Below, piece after piece: positions 29,788 through 40,133 of a stretch of DNA of 64,000 nucleotides; position 1 is the stretch's first letter; each line of letters starts with the position of its first letter. Below the pieces are notes generated by a model. It was given only the letters and a program-made list of their open reading frames with translations, ran no database searches and was not told the DNA's origin. The stretch is from Allomuricauda sp. (lineage in GTDB: Bacteria; Bacteroidota; Bacteroidia; Flavobacteriales; Flavobacteriaceae): positions 6,332 to 70,331 of the forward strand of contig RHLF01000004.1 in assembly GCA_003712125.1 (NCBI GenBank), written 5' to 3'. Position numbers and translations under genes: made by a program.

Positions 29788-31506
29788 TTAGTCTTTGTAT
29801 CCAACTGGAATTTCGCGAACCTTTCCCAGTGCCTCGAATGCTTGGCCCAATTCATATAATTCTTTTTCCTGGAATTGTTTGGCAATAAAGGTGAGATTAA
29901 CGGGTTCACCAGAATCGTGATAACCCATAGGAATGGTTAATGCGGGGTATTCTGCCACAGCTGCGGCTCCGGCATCATAATTGTTTATGGACAAAACAGC
30001 ATCTAGATCATGGGCATTCATAGGAGTGTTAAAATAGGTTCGGCCCGCCAATTTCAAACGTCTTTTTATGTTCAATAGGCCTTCCGTTGAGGTGGTATCT
30101 GCCATAATACCATCAAATCGGGCTTGACCATATGGAATTCTAGTCAAGGAATCTTTCGCATTGAAATCCATTACATTCTTCACCGTTCTCACAGGCACTT
30201 TTTCTTTATTTAGAACGGCGGTTTCGATGTACTTGGGCAAGTCGTATTTCATATCGATATTCAAAATGGACAAAAATCCTTCAAATTTGACCTTTGGCGG
30301 TTCAAACGCAACAACTACGGCTCCGGCCTGCTTGAGCTTTTCTACGGTCAATCTGTAGATGGAATCGCGTTCCAAATAATTCTTTAAAACACCAAACCGT
30401 TTACCTTTTAAGGACGCATTTTCTGGCTTATACCAGCCCTGTTCCCAATCGGCCCGAACAGACCTTTGGTCTTGGGTATCAAACCCCCGCATAGCGTCGA
30501 GCAATATGCCATTATCAATAACACTTTTGGTCATGGGACCTGGTGTATCCAAGGTGCTGGAAATTGGTACAATACCTGTTCTACTCAGCAAACCAATGGT
30601 GGGTTTCATTCCTACCACGGCGTTCTGACCTGATGGAGAAAGTATAGAACCCGAAGTTTCGGTACCTATAGCAGCAACCGCATAATTGGCTGCGGTAGAC
30701 GTTCCACTACCGGCACTTGATCCACCGGTATCGAATATACGCCTGCCATATGGATTTAGGGTTTGACCCCCTACGGCACTCTGCCCATTGGGGCATTCAC
30801 AAATGAAATTGGCCCATTCGCTGAGATTCACCTTGCCTAAAATCAATGCACCATGTGTTTTAAGTTGCTGTACAATAAAGGCATCGTCAGTTTGATTTTC
30901 AATCAATGCCACAGCACCTGCCGTGGTATTCATATGCCTTGCCCCGATATTATCCTTTAACAAAATAGGCATGCCATAAATTGGGTGATGCCCCTCCGCA
31001 TTGGAATCTAAGGCTCTTGCCTGCTCCAAAATGTTAGGATTTAGTGCGATAATTGTATTTAACGTAGTTTCATTAGGCAATTCATATTTATAGATCCGGG
31101 TGAGGTAAAACAAAGTCAGATCTTCATAAGTAAACTTACCTGAAGCAATATGCCCTTGAATTGTTGGTATATTCTGCTCCAACACCATTGACCTCATCCT
31201 ATTGTACTTTTCTTTGGGAAATTGGGAAACCTCATCGTAAAGGGGCAAAAACACCTTGTTTTTATCGAGCACCTTACTTTGAATGAACGTATAGCGCATG
31301 CGCTTTTTTTCATGGTTGGCATTTGCAAGTACTTCAAGAGAATCATTGTAAGGCGTCCAGAGCACCATCTCATTTTCAGCCTTTTGGTCTGCTTCATTTA
31401 TTACCTCTGGCATTTTTGAAGTGCTTGCATGTTTGGTGGTGGTGTTTTTTTGCTGGCAAGATGAGAATGCCAACAACATCAAAGCGGATACTAGTATTCT
31501 TTTCAT
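29788..31506 (-). CDS. Amidase-signature family lipoprotein
   Basis: Lipobox FSSC, ILLKDNI, GKVNLSEWA, GGSSAGSG and GTETSGSI. Confidence 0.92.
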   Translation of the reverse strand: MKRILVSALMLLAFSSCQQKNTTTKHASTSKMPEVINEADQKAENEMVLWTPYNDSLEVLANANHEKKRMRYTFIQSKVLDKNKVFLPLYDEVSQFPKEKYNRMRSMVLEQNIPTIQGHIASGKFTYEDLTLFYLTRIYKYELPNETTLNTIIALNPNILEQARALDSNAEGHHPIYGMPILLKDNIGARHMNTTAGAVALIENQTDDAFIVQQLKTHGALILGKVNLSEWANFICECPNGQSAVGGQTLNPYGRRIFDTGGSSAGSGTSTAANYAVAAIGTETSGSILSPSGQNAVVGMKPTIGLLSRTGIVPISSTLDTPGPMTKSVIDNGILLDAMRGFDTQDQRSVRADWEQGWYKPENASLKGKRFGVLKNYLERDSIYRLTVEKLKQAGAVVVAFEPPKVKFEGFLSILNIDMKYDLPKYIETAVLNKEKVPVRTVKNVMDFNAKDSLTRIPYGQARFDGIMADTTSTEGLLNIKRRLKLAGRTYFNTPMNAHDLDAVLSINNYDAGAAAVAEYPALTIPMGYHDSGEPVNLTFIAKQFQEKELYELGQAFEALGKVREIPVGYKD

Positions 31507-31520
31507 AGGTAGATGCGTAC

Positions 31521-32399
31521 TTATTTCTTAACCATGATTTTCCACTTCACAATATTTTTTTGGTTCAAGCGAACAAATTCATCTTTACCTAATGCCGAAG
31601 CAATGTGCATAGATTTTTCTGCAGATGCAATAGCAGCAGGATAATCGCGCAATTCAGCCTGTACCAAACTTTTGACCCGGTGAAAATAATAGGTGTCTCC
31701 TTCCAAGGCGATGGCTTTGTTTAGGTAGTTCAAGGCACGTTCAAAATCAATCCCTTGTTCCTGTAAATATCGAGCGGCTTGGTAATAGGTCTGTGCTGTG
31801 GGGTTTTCGTTAAGCTGCTTCTGAATCTCCAATTCCATCTGGGAATGGGTATCCACTGTAAACGGAATGGAAACCTGGGTGCGATCCCATAGCAGTTTCA
31901 ACTGTGCGGAATTGTGGGTGATGCTATCAAAACTTATCAAAAAATTTTCTTGATGGTAGGGTAGAATCTCTGGGCTTACTTGAATGCGAAAGGCATCTTG
32001 ATCGGGGTTATAATTTGTTCTGCCATCGCCCCAATGGGATGTATTGGTATGAAAAACCACCTCCCAATGCGCTTCTTCCGGAAAGGCGTACAAGGCATAG
32101 CTACCTTTCGGAAGCGTATTATTCATCACCTTCATGTCGGTATCAATGATGATTTTAGTGCTTTCATTGGCACCTACCCGCCATATACGCCCAAAGGGCA
32201 CTAATCCTTTTTGGCCATCGTCCTGTGGGCCGAAAACATGGCGACCACGTACTGCTGGTCTCGAATATTCAATTCGAATTTTTGAAAGCCCAATCTCTTG
32301 CTCAATAATCGAAAATGGACTTGCCTTTGGGAAAGTAATTTGCCCTTCGCAAAAAGCACATAAAAAAAATAGAAAAAAGGTTAGACACCTCATTTTCAA
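31521..32399 (-). CDS. DUF2911-domain protein with C-terminal TPR
   Basis: EYSRP...GR, WRVGANEST and YYQAARY. Confidence 0.8.
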   Translation of the reverse strand: MKMRCLTFFLFFLCAFCEGQITFPKASPFSIIEQEIGLSKIRIEYSRPAVRGRHVFGPQDDGQKGLVPFGRIWRVGANESTKIIIDTDMKVMNNTLPKGSYALYAFPEEAHWEVVFHTNTSHWGDGRTNYNPDQDAFRIQVSPEILPYHQENFLISFDSITHNSAQLKLLWDRTQVSIPFTVDTHSQMELEIQKQLNENPTAQTYYQAARYLQEQGIDFERALNYLNKAIALEGDTYYFHRVKSLVQAELRDYPAAIASAEKSMHIASALGKDEFVRLNQKNIVKWKIMVKK

Positions 32400-33352
32400 A
32401 TATTAAAAAACGAATCCACAAACTCGTATTTGTTGAAGACCTGCAAATCTTCAAGGCCTTCCCCGACCCCGATATATTTCACGGGTATTTGAAATTGATC
32501 AGAAATACCGATTACCACCCCGCCTTTTGCTGTACCATCCAATTTGGTAACGGCTAAACTGGTTACTTCGGTAGCCTTTGTAAATTGTTTGGCCTGTTCA
32601 AAAGCATTTTGACCGGTAGAACCATCAAGTACCAATAACACATCGTGCGGTGCGTCAGGAACCACCTTTTGCATAACACGCTTGACCTTCGAAAGTTCAT
32701 TCATCAAATTCACCTTGTTATGAAGCCTGCCTGCCGTGTCAACCAATACCACATCAGCATTTTCGGCAACAGCCGAACTTAAAGTATCGAAGGCAACGGA
32801 TGCGGGATCGCTACCCATTTTTTGTTTTATAATGGGAACACCAACCCGATCGGCCCAAACCTGTAATTGATCAATGGCAGCAGCTCGAAATGTATCTGCG
32901 GCCCCTAAGGTAACCTTAAGGCCTTGGTTTTTAAATTGATGCGCCAATTTACCAATCGTCGTTGTCTTGCCCACGCCATTTACACCTACGACCATAACCA
33001 CATACGGTTTTTTATCATGTGGTACCGAAAATTCTTCTGCCTCTCCAACATGGGTTTCAGAGAGCAAGCCTGCAATTTCCTCACGAAGAATTTGATTCAG
33101 TTCATCAGTGCCCATGTATTTGTCACGGGCCACGCGTTCTTCAATGCGCTCGATAATTTTTAAGGTCGTATTCACCCCGACATCTGAAGTTACCAATACC
33201 TCTTCTAAATTGTCAAGAACTTCATCATCGACCTTTGCCTTGCCCGCAACAGCCTTGCTCAACTTACCAAAAAAAGTGGCTTTGCTTTTTTCAAGACCCT
33301 TGTCAAGAGTTTCTTTTTTTTCTTTTGAGAATATTTTTTTGAAAAGACTCAT
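32396..33352 (-). CDS. ftsY: Signal recognition particle receptor
   Basis: GVNGVGKTTT, DTFRAAA, DTAGRL and TKLDGTAKGG. Confidence 0.97.
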   Translation of the reverse strand: MSLFKKIFSKEKKETLDKGLEKSKATFFGKLSKAVAGKAKVDDEVLDNLEEVLVTSDVGVNTTLKIIERIEERVARDKYMGTDELNQILREEIAGLLSETHVGEAEEFSVPHDKKPYVVMVVGVNGVGKTTTIGKLAHQFKNQGLKVTLGAADTFRAAAIDQLQVWADRVGVPIIKQKMGSDPASVAFDTLSSAVAENADVVLVDTAGRLHNKVNLMNELSKVKRVMQKVVPDAPHDVLLVLDGSTGQNAFEQAKQFTKATEVTSLAVTKLDGTAKGGVVIGISDQFQIPVKYIGVGEGLEDLQVFNKYEFVDSFFNI

Positions 33353-33410
33353 GGTACTATACACTGCAGCGTTTCAAAGATAATGAAGTCGCTGGAGTTA
33401 TGTTAAAATA

Positions 33411-33436
33411 AAAAAAGCCGCTTTAAAAGCGGCTTT
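33411..33436. terminator. Intrinsic terminator after the rpmB-rpmG-DUF4295 operon
   Basis: AAAAAAGCCGCT-TTAAA-AGCGGCTTT. Confidence 0.8.
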
Positions 33437-33456
33437 GAAGTTGATAATCGTATTCT

Positions 33457-33609
33457 TTATTTTTTTGATAACCACTCATTCACAAACTCAGGTGCCATAA
33501 CCGACTCAACAAATGTGTACGCCCCTGTTTTGGGTGATTTTACCATTTTAATAGCCTTGGTCAATCGTTTTGAACTGCTCTGTAGTGATGCTACTGTCTT
33601 CTTTGCCAT
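33457..33609 (-). CDS. DUF4295 family 50-aa protein (Bacteroidota-specific ribosomal protein bL38 candidate); not in the ORF track
   Basis: Hand translation MAKKTVASLQSSSKRLTKAIKMVKSPKTGAYTFVESVMAPEFVNEWLSKK, directly downstream of rpmG. Confidence 0.85.
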   Translation of the reverse strand: MAKKTVASLQSSSKRLTKAIKMVKSPKTGAYTFVESVMAPEFVNEWLSKK

Positions 33610-33621
33610 CTCCCTAAGGTT

Positions 33622-33804
33622 TTATTTGATTTCTTTATGAACGGTCATACGCTTCAAAATCGGATTGAACTTTTTCATCTCCAATCTATCGGGCGTATTT
33701 TTCTTATTCTTCGTAGTGATGTAACGCGAAGTACCTGGCATACCTGATTCTTTATGCTCTGTACATTCTAAAATAACCTGAACGCGATTGCCTTTCTTTG
33801 CCAT
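33622..33804 (-). CDS. rpmG: 50S ribosomal protein L33
   Basis: [32 protein letters not shown] and HKEIK. Confidence 0.97.
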   Translation of the reverse strand: MAKKGNRVQVILECTEHKESGMPGTSRYITTKNKKNTPDRLEMKKFNPILKRMTVHKEIK

Positions 33805-33814
33805 CTGTTACGCT

Positions 33815-34051
33815 TTATTTTATTAGGCCTTTTTGACGTGACTCTTTCAAGACCGCTGATATGCCCTTCTTATTGATAATCTTAATTCCTTTTGAAGAAA
33901 CGTTAAGGGTTACCCAACGGTCTTCCTCCGGGATGTAAAATCTTTTCTTGGAGATGTTCGCATCAAACCTTCTACGTGTCTTGTTGATCGAGAAGGATAC
34001 ATTATTCCCGAACATTACCTTTTTTCCTGTTACTTCACAAACTTTAGACAT
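33815..34051 (-). CDS. rpmB: 50S ribosomal protein L28
   Basis: MSKVCEVTGKK, GNNVS and KTRRRF. Confidence 0.96.
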   Translation of the reverse strand: MSKVCEVTGKKVMFGNNVSFSINKTRRRFDANISKKRFYIPEEDRWVTLNVSSKGIKIINKKGISAVLKESRQKGLIK

Positions 34052-34085
34052 TGTCTTTTCGCTTTGCGTGATTTTATTGAGGCTG

Positions 34086-34093
34086 CAAATTTA
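34086..34093 (-). promoter_or_regulatory. -7 promoter element of the rpmB operon
   Basis: TAAATTTG on the minus strand, about 35 nt upstream of the rpmB ATG. Confidence 0.65.
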
Positions 34094-34125
34094 GCATCTT
34101 TTCCTCTGATGCACAACATTAGTTT

Positions 34126-35373
34126 TCAGAAATTTAATATTTCTTTTTGCAATAGCTCAAATGCCTTGTTTACAGACTTTTGCGATATTCGCTCTCGATG
34201 ATTGCCCATAGTGAACTTTTGGGCAAAAGTATGATGCGGTGTGCTAACTGCGATATACACCGTTCCTACCTCGGCATCGGAATCTCCCTTGCTGGGGCCC
34301 GCATTACCTGTAGTAGCAACGGAAAAATCTGTATCTAAAAGTTTCTTGACCTTTTTTGCCATGGCCACAGCTACCTCCTCACTAACGACAGAATGCTTAT
34401 CGATTAAGGCCTGTTCAATGCCCAATAACCGCACTTTGGTTTCGGTGGCATAACTAACAATGGTACCCTTAAAGTAATTCGAAGCACCAGGGACCGCTGT
34501 TACGCGTTCTGCAATTTTTCCCCCGGTGAAGCTTTCAGCGGTGGCAAGTGTCATTCCTTTTTGTGTCAATAATTTCCCTACAAGAGTTTCGATGCTCCCA
34601 TCTTCTTCTTCCCCATAGAAAATATCACCCAAAAGAGGCTTCACCAAACCTATTTGTCTTTCCAATTCGCGTTCTAGCTCAAGCCTGTCATTGCCTTTAG
34701 CGCTAAGTCGAAGCCTAACACGGCCTAAACTGGGCAAATAGGCCAGTTTGATAAAACCAGGTAGACTATCTTCCCAATTTTCGATGGTGTTGGCCACAGC
34801 ACTTTCTCCCATGCCATAGGTCATTAGCGTTCTATGGATAATATGGGGACGTTCAAATTTTTTGACCACACGTGGTATGACCTCGTTGGCAATTAAATTT
34901 TTCATTTCAAAGGGGACCCCAGGCAAAGACAAAAAAACTGCACCGTTGTTCTCCATCCAAAGACCCGGTGCAGTACCATAAGCATTATGAAGCACCATTG
35001 CCTTTGACGGAACAAGTGCCTGATTTCTGTTTAGGTCAGATATTGGTGTACTTATGTATTTCGCGAAGAGCATTTCGATATGGGTCAAAACCTTCTCGTC
35101 TTGTACCAGTACATCATCGAAATACGTACATAAGGTGTGTTTTGTGATATCATCTTTTGTCGGACCAAGACCTCCGGTCATGATGATCAATTGGGAACGC
35201 TCGTTGGCTTGGCGGAGCGCCTCTAATATATGTTCTTTGTCGTCTTGTACAGAGGTGATTTGATAAATTGAAACCCCAATTTTATTCAATTCCTTGGCAA
35301 TAAATGCCGAATTGGAATCAATAATTTGACCGATCAAAATTTCATCGCCAATGGTAATAATCTCTGCCTGCAT
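34126..35373 (-). CDS. cinA: CinA family NMN deamidase-related protein (MocF plus PncC domains)
   Basis: ITIGDEILIG, TGGLGPTKDD, LPGVP, AESFTGG and TTGNAGP. Confidence 0.93.
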   Translation of the reverse strand: MQAEIITIGDEILIGQIIDSNSAFIAKELNKIGVSIYQITSVQDDKEHILEALRQANERSQLIIMTGGLGPTKDDITKHTLCTYFDDVLVQDEKVLTHIEMLFAKYISTPISDLNRNQALVPSKAMVLHNAYGTAPGLWMENNGAVFLSLPGVPFEMKNLIANEVIPRVVKKFERPHIIHRTLMTYGMGESAVANTIENWEDSLPGFIKLAYLPSLGRVRLRLSAKGNDRLELERELERQIGLVKPLLGDIFYGEEEDGSIETLVGKLLTQKGMTLATAESFTGGKIAERVTAVPGASNYFKGTIVSYATETKVRLLGIEQALIDKHSVVSEEVAVAMAKKVKKLLDTDFSVATTGNAGPSKGDSDAEVGTVYIAVSTPHHTFAQKFTMGNHRERISQKSVNKAFELLQKEILNF

Positions 35374-35427
35374 AGCCTTTAAAATGCCAGCAAAAATAGC
35401 TAAAATGTAACGGAAGTTTGGAACGGA

Positions 35428-35766
35428 TTACAGGTCAAAATCCTTTTGGAGTTCAGAGACGACCTGTTCAACGTCTTTTTTGAGCAAGGGAAACTTCGCT
35501 TCGATTTCCGACATATTTCCCTCGTTTTTACCAAGCGTTTCAAGTTCGAGGGCGGTTGCCCGGGTCTGTTCCATCCCTAATAAATCGACGTTTGGTTTTA
35601 TTTTATGCGACAATTTATAGACTTGCTCATAATTTTTTTCAGCAATGGCCGATTCAAGATCCGCCAAATCTGTTGGAACTTCTTCTAAAAATACCGAAAC
35701 CACCGAAAGCACAAAATCTTGATCGCCTTCAGCCATTTCGTTCACTTTATCCAAGCTATAAATCAT
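35428..35766 (-). CDS. Stand-alone Hpt (histidine phosphotransfer) protein
   Basis: SHKIKPNVDLLG with the conserved His; all-helical, 112 aa. Confidence 0.85.
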   Translation of the reverse strand: MIYSLDKVNEMAEGDQDFVLSVVSVFLEEVPTDLADLESAIAEKNYEQVYKLSHKIKPNVDLLGMEQTRATALELETLGKNEGNMSEIEAKFPLLKKDVEQVVSELQKDFDL

Positions 35767-36377
35767 TATCTTACCTTAACCGCGAAGAGCTGCTCCCCTT
35801 CTATTTTTCCTACAAGGTAGTCATTTGGTGCTACTTTACCAACCCCAGATGGGGTCCCTGTGAAGATAATATCACCCTTTTTTAACATAAAATACGTTGA
35901 AACGTAGGCAATTAATTCGTCTATCTTCCACAACATCAACGAAGTATGTCCATTCTGTACAATTTCCCCATTTTTTAACAAGGAAAACCCCAGTTCATTC
36001 AAGTTTTTAAATTTCTCCTTGGGCAACCAATTTCCAATCACCGCGGCACCATCAAACCCTTTTGCCTTTTCCCATGGAAGTCCTTTTGACTTTAATTGGG
36101 CTTGCAGGTCGCGGGCTGTAAAGTCTATTCCCAAACCTATTTCATCATAATAACGATGCGCAAATTTTTCGGAAATGTGCTTGCCGACCTTTGTTATTTT
36201 AACCAACAGTTCAACCTCGTAGTGAACGTCATTTGAAAATGAGGGAATATAAAAATCTTGTTCCTTGGGCAATACCGCAGAATCAGGTTTGATAAAGACT
36301 ACGGGTTCGCTTGGCCGTTCATTGTCAAGTTCTTTAATGTGTTCCGTATAATTGCGGCCTATGCAAATTAATTTCAT
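35766..36377 (-). CDS. Fumarylacetoacetate hydrolase family protein
   Basis: CIGRNY, HYEVEL, PWEKAKGFD and GDIIFTGTPSGVG. Confidence 0.93.
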   Translation of the reverse strand: MKLICIGRNYTEHIKELDNERPSEPVVFIKPDSAVLPKEQDFYIPSFSNDVHYEVELLVKITKVGKHISEKFAHRYYDEIGLGIDFTARDLQAQLKSKGLPWEKAKGFDGAAVIGNWLPKEKFKNLNELGFSLLKNGEIVQNGHTSLMLWKIDELIAYVSTYFMLKKGDIIFTGTPSGVGKVAPNDYLVGKIEGEQLFAVKVR

Positions 36378-36383
36378 GCCTTA

Positions 36384-37160
36384 CTAGAGCAGTTTATTGT
36401 TGAACTTACTCAACTTTATTTGGGTTAGCACTTTTTTGGTGTATAAAGGAAAATCCGCATTCAGGATCCAACCGAAATAACCGGGTTCTTCGTTCAACAC
36501 ATGTTCAACTTTCTTTCCTTTATGCTTACCAAATGAAAAGGCCGGTTCACCTTCCTTGTCTTGAACAATAAACCCGGCAAAATCTATAAACTTGCGGCGT
36601 GTAGTGAACTCTGAAAGCTTCTTAACATTGGTTTCCAATTCAGGATATCGTTCCAATTGCGCCAATAAAACTTCATAAGTGGCCAAAGTATCGGCTGCGG
36701 CACTATGGGCCTCCACCAAATCTTTGTTGCAGTAAAATTTATACGCGGCACCCAAAGTCCTTTTCTCCATCTTATGAAAAATGGTCTGAACATCAACCGA
36801 GACCCTATTTTTCATATCAAAATCAATATCGGCTCTTAGCATTTCCTCAGCCAAAAGAGGAATATCAAACCGATCCGAATTAAAACCTGCCAAATCACTA
36901 TCCTTAATCATCTGATAGACTTCCTTGGACAATTGTTTAAATGTTGGCTCATTAGCAACTTTCTCATTGGAGATACCATGTACGGCAACCACCTCAGCAG
37001 GAATATCCATTTCAGGATTGACCAACCATGTCTTGCTTTCTTTGTTTCCATTCGGATGTATTTTCAAAATTGAAATTTCGACAATACGATCTTTTGCCAC
37101 ATTGGTTCCCGTGGTCTCAAGGTCAAAAAAACAAATGGGTCGGGTTAATATTAATGACAT
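36384..37160 (-). CDS. DEDDh 3'-5' exonuclease (DnaQ-like)
   Basis: FFDLETTG, GFNSDRFD, HSAAADT and FGKHKG. Confidence 0.92.
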   Translation of the reverse strand: MSLILTRPICFFDLETTGTNVAKDRIVEISILKIHPNGNKESKTWLVNPEMDIPAEVVAVHGISNEKVANEPTFKQLSKEVYQMIKDSDLAGFNSDRFDIPLLAEEMLRADIDFDMKNRVSVDVQTIFHKMEKRTLGAAYKFYCNKDLVEAHSAAADTLATYEVLLAQLERYPELETNVKKLSEFTTRRKFIDFAGFIVQDKEGEPAFSFGKHKGKKVEHVLNEEPGYFGWILNADFPLYTKKVLTQIKLSKFNNKLL

Positions 37161-37169
37161 AGGAGGTTG

Positions 37170-37943
37170 CTATTTAGATTTGGAAAAAAGCCAGGGCAAA
37201 AGTTCAGGCTCTGCAAATGCATTGTCCCAACTATTATGTCCCACCCCTGGGTATAAAGAATATTTTACAGAAAGGCCATCCTTTTTCATGGCATCAACCA
37301 TTTGGGTCGAATATCTGGGCGGAACCACCTTGTCGGCTTCTCCGTGAAATACCCACCAATCGAGATGCTTCATTTTTTTCGCTGTGATAGGGTTTGCACC
37401 CCCACAAATAGGAAAAGCAGCTGCAAACAACTTCGGATTTCTGCGTACCAGTTCAAAGGTTCCGAAACCGCCCATAGAAAGCCCCCCAACATACATTCTT
37501 TTTTTATCTACTGCATACTTTTTGGTCAAATACTTGATCAATCCTTCCAACAATACCATATCAGTTGTCGGCTTGGGATTTTCAAAAAAGACAAACTCCC
37601 GGTTGTCCATATCGCCACTGACACCAATGTTCACCCAAGAGCTATTTGAATTGCATTGTGGAAAAACAACGATAGCTGGGTATTTTTTTCTAATTTCTTC
37701 TTTTTCAAACAAGTAAGAACCATGTACCAATTGTGCCTCGTTGTCGTTACCCCGTTCTCCAGACCCATGCAGTACAACAACAAGCGGATAATCTGCTGTT
37801 GCGCGATAACCATCTGGAAGCATTAATCGATAGGGCATTGTCACCCCGTCTTGCTCAAAATAAAGCTTTTGGTAATCGGTCTTCTCTTGGGCAAGTGAAA
37901 AAATGGTCAGACAAAGAAAAAGGGTTAGGCAGAAATAGCGCAT
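37170..37943 (-). CDS. Secreted alpha/beta hydrolase (esterase/peptidase)
   Basis: LHGSGERG, GLSMGG nucleophile elbow, FHGEAD and GHNSW. Confidence 0.85.
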   Translation of the reverse strand: MRYFCLTLFLCLTIFSLAQEKTDYQKLYFEQDGVTMPYRLMLPDGYRATADYPLVVVLHGSGERGNDNEAQLVHGSYLFEKEEIRKKYPAIVVFPQCNSNSSWVNIGVSGDMDNREFVFFENPKPTTDMVLLEGLIKYLTKKYAVDKKRMYVGGLSMGGFGTFELVRRNPKLFAAAFPICGGANPITAKKMKHLDWWVFHGEADKVVPPRYSTQMVDAMKKDGLSVKYSLYPGVGHNSWDNAFAEPELLPWLFSKSK

Positions 37944-37990
37944 GCTTAGTGATCTTTGGCCAAAAGTAACAAATAAAAAAAGTGCGCTGT

Positions 37991-39361
37991 TTAGATTTCG
38001 CGATTTATATCCCAAGCCTGCAAATAATCAGCCACCTCTTTCACGAACATACCCCCTAAGGCCCCATTAACAACCCTATGGTCATAACTATGTGAAAGGA
38101 ACATTTTACTACGTATGCCGATAAAATCGCCGTCTGGTGTTTCGATTACCGAGGGCATTTTGCGAATGGCACCCAGGGCCAAAATCCCTACCTGCGGCTG
38201 GTTAATGATTGGGGTACCAAAAACGCTGCCAAAGCTCCCGACATTTGTGACGGTGTAGGTACCTTCTTTGATTTCATCAGGTTTTAATTCATTATTTCTT
38301 GCCCGATTGGCCAAATCATTAACGGTCTTTGCCATACCAACCAGATTTAATTGATCGGCATTTTTAATAACAGGTACAATAAGGTTACCATCGGGAAGTG
38401 CTGCAGCCATTCCGAGGTTAATATTTTTCTTTTTTATGACTTTATCCCCATCTAGGGATATGTTCATCATTGGGTATTTTTTGAGAGCAGTGGCCACCGC
38501 TTCCATAAAAATTGGAGTAAAGGTTAATTTCTCACCTTCACGTGCTTCGAATTGCTTTTTGACCTTATCTCTCCAATTGACGACATTGGTAACGTCAACT
38601 TCAACAAAGCTTTGAACATGGGCCGATGTCGATACACTGTCGACCATATGTTGCGCAATAAGCTTACCCATGCGGGTCAATGGGATAATCTCATCTCCTG
38701 TTTTGGCTTCTACTCCAATTGGTTTTAGGGCCTCTTTTTGGGGAGATGGTTTTGGCGGATCCGCTTTTTCAACACTTTGATGCTGCACCTCAACGGTAGG
38801 GGTAGACTGTTTTTGCACATCACCATTACCTCCTCTAGCAGCGATAAATGCCAGAATATCATTTTTGGTTACACGACCTTCCTTACCGGTACCCGCAATA
38901 TTATCAAGCTCTTCTATAGATATACCTTCTTCTTTGGCAATATTTTTGACCAAAGGCGAATAAAATCTTTCTGAACTACCAAAATTGGGTTGTGCAGATG
39001 TTACGGTCTGTTTCACCGCCGCTATTTCGTTTTCAATTTGGGCAACCTGTTCAGAGGACTCAGCTACTTCTTCAATTTCAGGTTGAGTCTCTGTCGCAAC
39101 TACAACTTCACCGGCAGCTGCATCGGTTTGAATAACCGCAACTACCTCACCCACTTTAACCACATCATCAACGTCAAACCTTTTTTCGACCAAAACACCT
39201 TCAACTTCACTGGGCACTTCTGAATCAACCTTATCAGTGGCGATTTCAAAAATAGCCTCATCGAGCTCAATGGTATCCCCAACTTCCTTAAGCCATGCGG
39301 TTAAGGTTGCCTCGGCGACACTTTCGCCCATTTGCGGTAATTTCAGTTCGAAATTTGACAT
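37991..39361 (-). CDS. 2-oxo acid dehydrogenase E2 (dihydrolipoamide acyltransferase)
   Basis: Lipoyl TDKVDSEVPS, peripheral domain SPLVKNIA...GTGKEGRVTK, TPIINQPQ and YDHRVVNG. Confidence 0.95.
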   Translation of the reverse strand: MSNFELKLPQMGESVAEATLTAWLKEVGDTIELDEAIFEIATDKVDSEVPSEVEGVLVEKRFDVDDVVKVGEVVAVIQTDAAAGEVVVATETQPEIEEVAESSEQVAQIENEIAAVKQTVTSAQPNFGSSERFYSPLVKNIAKEEGISIEELDNIAGTGKEGRVTKNDILAFIAARGGNGDVQKQSTPTVEVQHQSVEKADPPKPSPQKEALKPIGVEAKTGDEIIPLTRMGKLIAQHMVDSVSTSAHVQSFVEVDVTNVVNWRDKVKKQFEAREGEKLTFTPIFMEAVATALKKYPMMNISLDGDKVIKKKNINLGMAAALPDGNLIVPVIKNADQLNLVGMAKTVNDLANRARNNELKPDEIKEGTYTVTNVGSFGSVFGTPIINQPQVGILALGAIRKMPSVIETPDGDFIGIRSKMFLSHSYDHRVVNGALGGMFVKEVADYLQAWDINREI

Positions 39362-39446
39362 ATTCTTACTTAACGTGCTTTTTACAGTATATATTTTGCA
39401 AAAATAACATAAAAAAGCCCTATTCGTTAATTTTTTTTTATTGTAA

Positions 39447-40067
39447 TTATTCGGCTTTTATCGCCCGCTCAAAAGGTATCCGGTTCAAAATACTCCTTCC
39501 CAAGGTAACCTCATCTGCATATTCCAACTCATCACCAACAGCAATTCCCCTAGCTATTGTAGAGGTCGTAACAGCTGCGTCTCCCAGCTGTTTGTAAATG
39601 TAAAAATTGGTGGTGTCACCTTCCATGGTTGAACTCAGCGCAAAAATGATTTCCTTTATATCCCCTTTTTTAACCTTTTCAACAAGTGAAGTAATCGTTA
39701 GGTCTTGAGGACCTATTCCCTCCATGGGTGAAATTTTACCCCCTAAGACATGATAGAGCCCCTTGAATTGGGACGTATTTTCAATGGCCATCACGTCACG
39801 AACATCTTCGACCACGCATACTTTGGATTTGTCCCGTTTGGGACTGGCACATATTTCGCAAATTTCGGTGTCTGAAATATTATGGCAACTAACACAAAAA
39901 TTCACCTGCTCTCGCAAATCTGATAGTGCTTTCGAGAGCCCCAAGGTACGCCCTTCAGGTTGCTTTAACAGATGCAATACCAAACGCAGTGCCGTGCGCT
40001 TGCCAATGCCTGGCAATTGCGACATCTCATAGACCGCGTTTTCCAAAAGCTTTGAAGAAAATTCCAT
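39447..40067 (-). CDS. recR: Recombination mediator RecR
   Basis: [12 protein letters not shown]4 zinc finger, YHVLGG, EGDTT and GDELEYAD. Confidence 0.97.
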   Translation of the reverse strand: MEFSSKLLENAVYEMSQLPGIGKRTALRLVLHLLKQPEGRTLGLSKALSDLREQVNFCVSCHNISDTEICEICASPKRDKSKVCVVEDVRDVMAIENTSQFKGLYHVLGGKISPMEGIGPQDLTITSLVEKVKKGDIKEIIFALSSTMEGDTTNFYIYKQLGDAAVTTSTIARGIAVGDELEYADEVTLGRSILNRIPFERAIKAE

Positions 40068-40133
40068 CCTTGCAAAATTACAATTTTACATGGATGGTGC
40101 GAGATTTTGTATTTTGCATTGCAAATTCTTTGC

